Positions 1-8,375 of a stretch of 64,000 nt of DNA are shown piece after piece. The stretch is from Candidatus Heimdallarchaeota archaeon (lineage in GTDB: Archaea > Asgardarchaeota > Heimdallarchaeia > Heimdallarchaeales > Kariarchaeaceae): NCBI GenBank assembly GCA_015523565.1, contig WAKA01000232.1, positions 1 to 64,000 on the forward strand. Reading direction: 5' to 3'. The position numbers were made by a program, and so were the translations under genes. Position 1 is the first letter of the stretch. Every line of letters begins with the position of its first letter. Under the pieces are notes generated by a model, which was given only the letters and a program-made list of their open reading frames with translations, did not search any database and was not told the DNA's origin.

Positions 1-1
1 T

Positions 2-238
2 AAACCAAGTAGAACCTCAAACCAAAGAACTTTTGCCCCATCGCCCCCACCAGTCAATCGTCCTCAACCTTCTGCACCCCCTACCAATCTTAAAAAACCA
101 GACTATGATCTCCCTCCTCCCGCTTCAATCCCTCCCGCTAAAATACCCAAAGGCGCACCTATCCCCCCTGACCTAAAAAAGAAACAAGAAACAAAGGATA
201 AAAAAGATAAGAAAATCGGTTGGTCTCAATGGGACTAA
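2..238 (+). CDS. 3' end of a CDS truncated by the window edge; proline-rich low-complexity C-terminus ending KKIGWSQWD
   Basis: Frame +2 is open from base 2 to TAA at 236-238: KPSRTSNQRTFAPSPPPVNRPQPSAPPTNLKKPDYDLPPPASIPPAKIPKGAPIPPDLKKKQETKDKKDKKIGWSQWD*. Not in the ORF track because there is no start codon in the window. Confidence 0.75.
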   Translation, partial: KPSRTSNQRTFAPSPPPVNRPQPSAPPTNLKKPDYDLPPPASIPPAKIPKGAPIPPDLKKKQETKDKKDKKIGWSQWD

Positions 239-273
239 TGGCATCATTAATAATTTAACATGTAAAATTTGAT

Positions 274-1770
274 ATGTTTATGAGATTTCTCGCATTATGT
301 TCTTTATCTTTGGTAATTTTACTATCTTCTGCAAATGCCCAAATTCCTACTTCTTCACCCGTTGATTTCAATATTTATTACGGAAAAGGATGGGGTGTGT
401 CTGGCATCGCTGAAAGCCTTATTGATGCAAGTCTAGCTTTCAATTTCACACAAGAAACTCTCAATTCAACACTAACCAAATCAATTGAATATATTACCTC
501 AAATAGGTACTCATTTAATGGAGTTCATTATTTTGCTTGGGAAAAAGGTCCAAAACAAGAAACAGGTATTTACCCTGGGATTAAGTACGGTGCCGCAGGC
601 ATAATTGACCTTTATGTTTCTGCCTACCAATATTTTGATGAGCCAAAATATCTGGAATATGCAATAAATTCGTTCAATCAATTAATGCTTTCCTCACAAG
701 GTTCTTTGCCACATTGGGGATATAATTTTCCAAGCCCCAACAATGCCTCAGGCATTTCCTTGACAGGATACGAATTTGGTGCGGCGGGTATGATCAATGC
801 TGCACTTTCATTGTATCAAACTACTTTGAATGCTTCATTTCTTGAAACTGCCTTTCGGATTGCTGATTGGATATACTCTGTCTCCCATTTTCCAACTTCT
901 GATACAATGGCTGTGCCTTGGTATTCACATGTGCCAGGTTTTCAATCCGTTGAAATATTTGAATTCGACAGGGGAATGGCAGGCATTGCTTCTGTTTTGA
1001 CAGATTTAGCCATTGCCTCTGGAAACAAGACAATTGAAACTATGGCAAAAAACATTGCAAATTATTTAGTCAATAGCCAAAATGAGGATGGGTCTTGGTT
1101 CCAACAGAATGATACCGATGTGACACCCTTGACATTTTCAACTGGAACGGCAGGCATTATCTATTCCTTGACTAAAATCAATGAGGCATATCCCTCTACA
1201 AATTATGAGGAATCAATAACAAAAGGAGTCTCTTTCCTTCTGTCACACTTATCAAACAATAAATTTGTGGATGACAATGGACAGTCCCTCTCCAGTTCTT
1301 TCAGTGAAGGGGCACTAGGGGTTCTGTACTCTTTATTCAAGGCGCAAAAATTCCTCACCTCTCAGCAACAGACAATATTGAATGACCTTCTTAATCAGTA
1401 TGCAAATTCCTTTTTCTTGATATTGCAAAATAATGGTCAACAATATCTATTCCTGAAAATTGATGAAAAAACTGTATCTAGAGTCGATCTGTCACTACGA
1501 AACGGGCTAGCTGGATTTCTCCATTTCAGTACGGAATTGAAGAATAATCTAAAAAATTTTGGTGATTATCAAGTGGATAACCTTGTCAAATGGAGTATAA
1601 ATTCATTGAACATGGTGCAAAATTTAAATGGTAGTTGGAATCGACAGGTCTCCCCTCCCAGTGGATTTTCAACAATCCAAGGAACTGTGGATGATAGTCC
1701 TGCATTTTATATTTCTGCAATTGCTTTCCTCATAATAGTCCCTCGGAAAATTAAAAATCGTGCAAACTAA
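274..1770 (+). CDS. Secreted, C-terminally anchored LanC-like / alpha-alpha toroid protein
   Basis: Signal peptide; seven GxxG helix-start repeats (GVSG, GAAG, GAAG, GMAG, GTAG, GALG, GLAG) as in LanC-like barrels; QW-like motifs QNEDGSW and QNLNGSW; C-terminal SPAF + hydrophobic segment + basic tail. Confidence 0.7.
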   Translation: MFMRFLALCSLSLVILLSSANAQIPTSSPVDFNIYYGKGWGVSGIAESLIDASLAFNFTQETLNSTLTKSIEYITSNRYSFNGVHYFAWEKGPKQETGIYPGIKYGAAGIIDLYVSAYQYFDEPKYLEYAINSFNQLMLSSQGSLPHWGYNFPSPNNASGISLTGYEFGAAGMINAALSLYQTTLNASFLETAFRIADWIYSVSHFPTSDTMAVPWYSHVPGFQSVEIFEFDRGMAGIASVLTDLAIASGNKTIETMAKNIANYLVNSQNEDGSWFQQNDTDVTPLTFSTGTAGIIYSLTKINEAYPSTNYEESITKGVSFLLSHLSNNKFVDDNGQSLSSSFSEGALGVLYSLFKAQKFLTSQQQTILNDLLNQYANSFFLILQNNGQQYLFLKIDEKTVSRVDLSLRNGLAGFLHFSTELKNNLKNFGDYQVDNLVKWSINSLNMVQNLNGSWNRQVSPPSGFSTIQGTVDDSPAFYISAIAFLIIVPRKIKNRAN

Positions 1771-2251
1771 ATTTCCCTTTTCCCCAAAATTCATACTGGG
1801 TCTCCAAATAGACCTTGACAGGCGTCAAAAATCCATCAAAAATTCTTTCAATTTCTTCTTTTATTTCCCTGTCATGCATATCCCTTAATTCTTTGACAAT
1901 TGAATCCCTAATGGATGGAAGCAAGTCTTTTAATCCTGATAATATTACTAATCCTGTTGTGTCTGTAGGCGTTTTCACCAATGAAATCATGAATTCATCG
2001 TTTCCTCCCCTTGCATGGCTGCGGGGGATTCTGAACATGAGATTATAACTCATGAAATATGGATTGGAAAAAAGAAACGGCTCTTTTCTCATTGTTTCGT
2101 CTTGTATGTCCATTAGGGATGGAAGCAAATTCACTATATTTCTAGAAATAGGGTTTTCCAAACGAGGAGAAACAGTAAACAAAATTGGGCCAATTATTTC
2201 ATCAAAATAGCTTAAGGTTATATGCATGCTTTCCTCAATAGATTGGTCCAT
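1751..2251 (-). CDS. Longin / uDENN-like protein (eukaryotic signature protein)
   Basis: N-terminal LSYFDEIIGP and later ARGG motifs resemble uDENN/longin domains of the FLCN/SMCR8/NPR2 type and their Asgard homologs. Confidence 0.65.
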   Translation of the reverse strand: MDQSIEESMHITLSYFDEIIGPILFTVSPRLENPISRNIVNLLPSLMDIQDETMRKEPFLFSNPYFMSYNLMFRIPRSHARGGNDEFMISLVKTPTDTTGLVILSGLKDLLPSIRDSIVKELRDMHDREIKEEIERIFDGFLTPVKVYLETQYEFWGKGKFSLHDF

Positions 2252-2397
2252 CTTATTCTACTTGATTTCGTTGTTATTTATCAATTCTAGGTATTTTCCC
2301 CCTCTTTTCCAGACTCATATTTTCTATAAGAAACTCTATGCTAGAAACCTATCAGCTACCGAATAGGTTTTATCTTATATGATTCTCTAAAATTCAT

Positions 2398-3228
2398 ATG
2401 TCATTACCACCTGAATACGGAATGCTCCAGAAAAAAATAGCAAAAGAAATGATGAATGCTATTGGGGATGATCTTGTAGACATTATTGTATACGGAAGTG
2501 CTGTTGAAGGCAAACTTTTCTCTGGCGTTTCTGACAACAATTTCATTTTTGTCATCAAGGACACCCCCTCAAATGAATTTGATCAAGTGGTTACAAAGAT
2601 TGCTGAAATCGTTAAAACATATCGGGACAATCCCATGTTTGCCACCATGATTCAATTTCAAATCATGTCAGAATCGCAAATGGCTTCTGCTAACTCATTG
2701 AACGGCATTCCCGCCGTTATGGCGTTAGCTCTCAAAGAAGGGGTTTCTTTGAAAAACAAAGGTTCAAATCCATATAAGGATCTTGAAATAAATAAAGAGC
2801 AAGTCAAAGAAAATGCCATCTCAATAATTAGTGATCTGATCTCAAAAATGGTTGATGCAATTTCCATCCCATCTTTTGATGAAGAAGAAACTGATGTGTC
2901 CAGTGAAAAGGATTATCTGGCCATAGAAAATGGTCTTTTGGCTACCCAGATCTATATGATGGCAAAAAAGATGAAATATGTCCCAAAATCTGAATTGGAT
3001 TTTATGGTTGAGGACGAGGAAAAGGACAATATGGATTATGAACTCGTTAAGATAATATCAACTAAAAGGCAAGGTGCAGATTTTGCCGGTGCCATTTTCG
3101 AAAGCGATGAAACGGATGATGTAACCGAAAAAACAGATGATCCTTCTTTAATCTATAACATCCCTGACCTTTTTGAAAGAACATTAAATCACATGTATAA
3201 ACTTGTTAACTTGATTGTTGGCTTGTAA
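2398..3228 (+). CDS. Pol-beta superfamily nucleotidyltransferase-like protein with an acidic helical C-terminal domain
   Basis: IIVYGSAVEG...SDNNFIFV matches hG[GS]x(9-13)DxD, with the second Asp replaced by Asn. Confidence 0.6.
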   Translation: MSLPPEYGMLQKKIAKEMMNAIGDDLVDIIVYGSAVEGKLFSGVSDNNFIFVIKDTPSNEFDQVVTKIAEIVKTYRDNPMFATMIQFQIMSESQMASANSLNGIPAVMALALKEGVSLKNKGSNPYKDLEINKEQVKENAISIISDLISKMVDAISIPSFDEEETDVSSEKDYLAIENGLLATQIYMMAKKMKYVPKSELDFMVEDEEKDNMDYELVKIISTKRQGADFAGAIFESDETDDVTEKTDDPSLIYNIPDLFERTLNHMYKLVNLIVGL

Positions 3229-3300
3229 ATATAATTTTCAATCACTATCGAAAACCTTTTTTTGAAAGAATCAAAGAAATGAATGCCGGAAGCATTACAA

Positions 3301-3416
3301 AGCCCCATGGTGTAGTGGTCAAGCATTGCTGACTCTGGCGCTTGTTGGAGCAATCAGCAGACTCCGGTTCGAAAAAGAAAATCTGAGGGTTTTTTTCGAA
3401 AGTCCGGATGGGGCTA
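3301..3416 (+). tRNA. tRNA-Gln(CTG) with two introns (3339-3352 at 37/38; 3374-3402 at 59/60)
   Basis: Acceptor AGCCCCA/TGGGGCT (A1-U72, typical of archaeal tRNA-Gln), D arm, anticodon stem GCTGA/TCAGC with CTG at 3335-3337, T stem TCCGG/CCGGA. Removing both introns gives a 73-nt cloverleaf with T-loop TTCGAAT. CCA is not encoded; a T-rich run follows. Confidence 0.93.
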
Positions 3417-3481
3417 TTTTTCCGGCTTTTTTTTATTAACCATTACAAAATTAGATAAGCAAAAAAAATTAATGACATGAG

Positions 3482-4897
3482 ATGGTAAATGGATTGCTTG
3501 TAGGTTATTCCAGCAATATGGATGTCCTTGATGACTTAGAACGTGATCTGATCATTATGTCCTTTCGTGAAGCACAACTTGCAGGCTATATTGAAAATCC
3601 AACAAGCAGATCCATTACTGATTTCTTCTCTTGGTATGTCGAGGGTGGACATATCGTTGGTCTTCACGTAAGGAATCTTTCTGTCCTTCCTGGATTCCTT
3701 TTTGAACTTCCAAAACTCGAGGAACTTATTGTCTTTTCCAACTCAATTCAACGAATTCCATCTTTTGCCAACTTAAAGCGTATGGTCTTGGTAAACTTAA
3801 AACCTGGCACTCGACAGATTGAATGCATGGCTCAACCCAAACTTGAAAATCTTCAATTGATCGGATTTTCCCCCACAAATCAAGATATTTTTGAGAACAT
3901 CTCCTCTCTTTCATTGAGAAGAATAAATTTTGATGAATTGAGTCCAATTATCTCCCAATTAAATCTGAAACGCATTGAACTTAGCAATATTGACGGAGAC
4001 ATTACATGTCTATTAGATATGACTTCATTGGAACAACTTGAAATATTCATTGCCAGACCTGAAATCGACTTGACAAAAATTGATAATCTCAAGAATTTGA
4101 AAAGCCTCGTTTTATTTGATATCAATCTTCGTGAAATCCCCAAAAATATTGGAAACCTTTCAAAATTGGAATACTTGGATTTAGGAAAGAACAGTTTGAC
4201 AACTCTTCCAGAAGAAATGGGTGAATTGACGGCACTAAAAATCCTGAAGGTACGTTCAAATAAACTATCTAAACTTCCATCTTCCCTGGGGAATATCAAG
4301 GATATTTTGGAAATTGACTTTAGAGACAATAAAATTAATGCTCTTCCTTCTTTTTTCAAATCATTGCCCTCTCTCTTTAAACTTCAAGTTGAAAACATTG
4401 CCTTGGAAAGCTTAAGGCATCTGAAAAATGCATCATTGGAATATTTAAGCATAGTTAATTGCAAAGGAGATTCACTTCCTGAATGCATTTTTGAGCAATT
4501 TAAACTAAAAACCCTGATCATCTGGAAAACTCCAATAACCAACATTCCAGGCTCAATAGGAAACCTAAAATCCTTGAAATGGCTTTTCCTTAGATCCTTA
4601 AAAATTGAAAGCCTGCCAAAAGAAATGTTTGAATTAACAAAACTTGAAAAACTTAACATTGAGGATTGTCCTGTCAAATTTATCCCAAACAATATTGGTG
4701 GTCTTAAATCATTAAAATCAATTAGCATATTCTCTAACGTGCTCACGTATTTCCCAATAGGTCTCTCCTCCCTCCAAAACTTGAAAAGAGTTGAGCTTCA
4801 AATCCCTAATTCCCCTATCCCCAATGACTACAAAGAAATTCTTGAGAATGTTGAGGTTGCAATTATACGTTCCAGAAACCAATCGATTATGTTATAA
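3482..4897 (+). CDS. Leucine-rich repeat protein
   Basis: Many LxxLxxLxLxxN-LxxLP repeats (e.g. IGNLSKLEYLDLGKNSLTTLPEE); no Roc/COR domain. Confidence 0.92.
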   Translation: MVNGLLVGYSSNMDVLDDLERDLIIMSFREAQLAGYIENPTSRSITDFFSWYVEGGHIVGLHVRNLSVLPGFLFELPKLEELIVFSNSIQRIPSFANLKRMVLVNLKPGTRQIECMAQPKLENLQLIGFSPTNQDIFENISSLSLRRINFDELSPIISQLNLKRIELSNIDGDITCLLDMTSLEQLEIFIARPEIDLTKIDNLKNLKSLVLFDINLREIPKNIGNLSKLEYLDLGKNSLTTLPEEMGELTALKILKVRSNKLSKLPSSLGNIKDILEIDFRDNKINALPSFFKSLPSLFKLQVENIALESLRHLKNASLEYLSIVNCKGDSLPECIFEQFKLKTLIIWKTPITNIPGSIGNLKSLKWLFLRSLKIESLPKEMFELTKLEKLNIEDCPVKFIPNNIGGLKSLKSISIFSNVLTYFPIGLSSLQNLKRVELQIPNSPIPNDYKEILENVEVAIIRSRNQSIML

Positions 4898-6662
4898 TTG
4901 TCCATTCTCCAAGAAAAATGTGGATTTTGATTACAAAACTGGTGGTTTTCTTAAACGACCAATACTTCCTTTATATGACTCTAAAATCAAAGGGAATGTT
5001 TTTGTCTATTATTTTGGGAAATCAATCTATCTCATTTTTTTGGCTATTTACAACTACTATATTTTAAGATCAGTCTATATTATTTTTTCCACTAACGAAA
5101 ATATCTTGGCAAATCTTCTACTGCTAATGAGTGAATTTTTACTTGGAAATTATTTCATTTTCCTGATATGGGTATATGCACGTACCTTTTTGCCCTTGGA
5201 AAGAGCACCTGGATATATAGGTACCCAAATCCATGATGGAACAGGCAGGGGTGTTCATTTCCAAAGCGTCAAAGATAGACTGCCTTTCGTCTCTGTTTTG
5301 ATTCCTGTATACCATGAACATTTCCCTGTTGTAAGAAAAACCATTTTAGGTGCTTTGGATTTAATATATCCCCCTGAAAAACTTGATGTCAATATTATTG
5401 ATGACAGTCCTGAAGATGATACCTTGAAAACATTTTGTGATGCAATGGGTGTCAATTATTTCTCTCGTCAAAACAGAAAGGGGTATAAGGCAGGTGCAAT
5501 TAATTTTGCCTTGAAAAGACTAAAAGGTGATCTTGTTCTTTTCCTTGATGCAGACCATATTCCAGAACCGAGAATCATCTTGAATTGCCTCAACAGTTGG
5601 CGAAATAACACTGTTGGTGTTCAGGCACGTATTGATTTTGTAAATATGGTGGATTTTCTGACGATCATGGGTACTTATCTTCACCTAATCTTTTACTCAC
5701 TTTCGCAACGGAGCAGAAGGGCAACAGGGACTGCACTTTTCGCGGGAGGGACTGCCCTGATGGATCGAAGAATATTGTTGAAAGAAGGGGGAATTAATGA
5801 GCTTACAATTGCGGAGGACACAGATACTTCAATCCTCTTGGAAATGAGGGGATATCGTATTGAATTCATTGATCATGTAGGAAGTTGGGCATTGGTTCCA
5901 TGGGACCCTCTATCACTTGTCAGACAGGTGTGGCGGTGGATGACTGGATTGACACGAAGCTTGAGAGCCCGTGCCATTTCAATTATTAAGTCTCCCCTCC
6001 CCATTTTTTCAAAAATCGATTTCCTTTATGCAGAGTTTTTGCCGACACTGGGTGTATATGCTTGGTTTACTACTTTTCTTCTTGCATATTTGGCTCTTGT
6101 TGACGGTTCAATTCATCGTTACAACCAAGTTATATCCGTTTTTGGATATTCCATTTCTATTTTCACAACTCTTCTGTCAATATTGGGCACGGTTCCAGCT
6201 TTTGTCGGCATTCTTTCTCTTATGGTTGATAGTCCTTTTCTAATTTATGTACGCAGAGGTACGATATTTCGTGTGAAAAATACCTTCCTCTTTTTCATGA
6301 TATCAATTATCGGTCAACCCCTGATGATTTTTGCAGTGATAAAAGGATGGCTGGGTACCAATGTCTCATTCAATCGAACCCCCAAAAAGAAGAAAACAAA
6401 TGAACCAGAAATTCCAAGGTTGAAACGAATGTATTCTTTTGGGACTTTTACCTTGTTCTTGATTGGAATTGTGTTTTTTTACACTGCTATCAATGTAGGA
6501 ACTACATCCCCATTTTTCATTCCCTTTTTCTATGGCTTTTATTCCAGTTCGTTTCCCCTTGTAATTGCACTTCTTTGGTATTGGAAACTTGAACCGTATT
6601 TGGACAAAGTTAAGGAAATATCTGCTGACATGATTATTGAGGAACATACGGCATATTCATAG
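4791..6662 (+). CDS. Cellulose synthase-like processive GT2 glycosyltransferase; true start probably GTG at about 4920
   Basis: DD, KAGAIN, DAD, AED and QVWRW (D,D,D,QxxRW); FNRTPK gating-loop-like motif; two N-terminal and several C-terminal TM helices; no PilZ domain. Confidence 0.88.
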   Translation: MSFKSLIPLSPMTTKKFLRMLRLQLYVPETNRLCYNCPFSKKNVDFDYKTGGFLKRPILPLYDSKIKGNVFVYYFGKSIYLIFLAIYNYYILRSVYIIFSTNENILANLLLLMSEFLLGNYFIFLIWVYARTFLPLERAPGYIGTQIHDGTGRGVHFQSVKDRLPFVSVLIPVYHEHFPVVRKTILGALDLIYPPEKLDVNIIDDSPEDDTLKTFCDAMGVNYFSRQNRKGYKAGAINFALKRLKGDLVLFLDADHIPEPRIILNCLNSWRNNTVGVQARIDFVNMVDFLTIMGTYLHLIFYSLSQRSRRATGTALFAGGTALMDRRILLKEGGINELTIAEDTDTSILLEMRGYRIEFIDHVGSWALVPWDPLSLVRQVWRWMTGLTRSLRARAISIIKSPLPIFSKIDFLYAEFLPTLGVYAWFTTFLLAYLALVDGSIHRYNQVISVFGYSISIFTTLLSILGTVPAFVGILSLMVDSPFLIYVRRGTIFRVKNTFLFFMISIIGQPLMIFAVIKGWLGTNVSFNRTPKKKKTNEPEIPRLKRMYSFGTFTLFLIGIVFFYTAINVGTTSPFFIPFFYGFYSSSFPLVIALLWYWKLEPYLDKVKEISADMIIEEHTAYS

Positions 6663-8298
6663 TGTCCACTTAGATAGGTTCATCAAACCATTGCACAATG
6701 TGCTTTCAGTGAAAATTGAGCGCGATGTGGTTGGGAAATACCCCTCTTATTTAAATGATGAATCTGGTCTTGTCTCTGGAAATGCTGATAAAATTTTCTT
6801 TCCTGAGAACGAAAATGATGTTAAAGACATAATGAAAAAAGCCCAAAATGGAAAAATTCCTGTCACCATTTCTGGAGGGGGAACTGGAATTTCTGGTGGT
6901 CGTGTACCATTGAACGGGTGGATACTTGCTACCGATGCAATGACAAAGTTGGATATCGGGAATATGGAATGGACAGACCCAGAATTTAATGAAACTTTTC
7001 AAATCTCCCTTATCGAATTTAACAATGAAGCAATTCTTTTGGCACCAGTGGCAATGAGGCTTAAATCAATCCAAAATTTCGCCCGTGAAAATGGATGGTT
7101 TTACCCACCAGATCCAACAGAAAGAAGTGCCTTTATCGGTGGTAATGTGTCTACCAATGCATCAGGTGCACGATCATTTAAGTATGGTTCCACTAAAAAA
7201 TGGGTTGTTGGGCTTAGGGCTGTACTTCCCGATGGATCATCCGTATCATTGTGCAGATGGGAATACCGTGATAAATTGCCAGAACAATTCTTCCAGAACA
7301 CTGATGTCACAATTACTAAGGACGGTCGTAAGTTTATCATTCATAAACTTGGCAAGGAAATTGTCTTGCCGTTTCCCACATATGAACTGCCAAACGTGAC
7401 CAAAAATGTGGCTGGTCTAGTTTGGACTGATGATTCTGAACCATTAGACATTTTTATTGGCTCCAACGGAATTTTCGGTGCAGTTACTGCCGTTGCCCTT
7501 AAACTAATTCGACCACCACAAAACATTCTAAGTATCCTTATTTTTTGCAAAAATAACATTCAAGCTCTTGAAGTCATTAAATTAGCACAAAATCAAAGAC
7601 GAACGCAAAACTTTCCAATACCTATGTCTGTAGAATATTTGGATGATCGTGCTGTTGAAATAATGCATGGTAAAGACCATACCATTCCAAATGCAAAAGC
7701 CGCAATCATCTTGGAACAAGACCTTACCGATGATTTACTTGATAACGGAATTGAATTCTGGGTGAACTCACTTGACAAATTGGGTATCGAATCCTCGTCA
7801 GTTGCTCAAACACATAAGGAGATAGAGCATCACAAATTCCTGAGGCATCTTATTCCTGAAACCATTAACCTGATAGTCAGGAAAAATGGGCAACCCAAAT
7901 TAGGGACTGATTATTCGGTTCCTGATCAATATTTTCCTGAACTTCTTGAATTGGCCAAAACGAAGGGTGATGAGTTCGAAAGCCAAAGGTCTGATCAATC
8001 AAGGTTGGGATATGCTATTTGGGCACATGCAGGTGACAGTCATCTTCATCTGAATTTCCTTCCTGCAACTTTGGAAGAGGTAAAAAGAGCAAAACAAATG
8101 ATGGTTGAAATCATGTCTTATGTGGTTTCTGTTGGTGGAAGCATCGCCGCCGAACACGGATTGGGGAAGAAAAAGTTCAATGGAAAACCCGCTATTGTAT
8201 TCCAATATGGTGAAAAAGGATTGCAGGAGATTAGAAACCTTAAACAAAAGGTTGATCCTACTTTGCTTTTGAATAGGGGAAATATCATTGGGGTGTAG
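6637..8298 (+). CDS. FAD-linked oxidoreductase, GlcD / D-lactate dehydrogenase family
   Basis: GGGTGISGG, PPDPT, IGGNVSTNASG, GSNGIFG, HAGDSHLH, AEHGLG and LLN-G motifs. Confidence 0.9.
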   Translation: MRNIRHIHSVHLDRFIKPLHNVLSVKIERDVVGKYPSYLNDESGLVSGNADKIFFPENENDVKDIMKKAQNGKIPVTISGGGTGISGGRVPLNGWILATDAMTKLDIGNMEWTDPEFNETFQISLIEFNNEAILLAPVAMRLKSIQNFARENGWFYPPDPTERSAFIGGNVSTNASGARSFKYGSTKKWVVGLRAVLPDGSSVSLCRWEYRDKLPEQFFQNTDVTITKDGRKFIIHKLGKEIVLPFPTYELPNVTKNVAGLVWTDDSEPLDIFIGSNGIFGAVTAVALKLIRPPQNILSILIFCKNNIQALEVIKLAQNQRRTQNFPIPMSVEYLDDRAVEIMHGKDHTIPNAKAAIILEQDLTDDLLDNGIEFWVNSLDKLGIESSSVAQTHKEIEHHKFLRHLIPETINLIVRKNGQPKLGTDYSVPDQYFPELLELAKTKGDEFESQRSDQSRLGYAIWAHAGDSHLHLNFLPATLEEVKRAKQMMVEIMSYVVSVGGSIAAEHGLGKKKFNGKPAIVFQYGEKGLQEIRNLKQKVDPTLLLNRGNIIGV

Positions 8299-8375
8299 GG
8301 AAAAACAATTCTTGTTTACCCGAAAGATTAACTGTACTCTCTATGCAAAACTTTCCTTTCTCGATGGATTAAAAA

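Noticed and set aside
2398-3228. MNT-HEPN toxin-antitoxin or CBASS cyclase
   Set aside because: No HEPN RxxxxH partner or effector nearby, and the catalytic DxD is degenerate.
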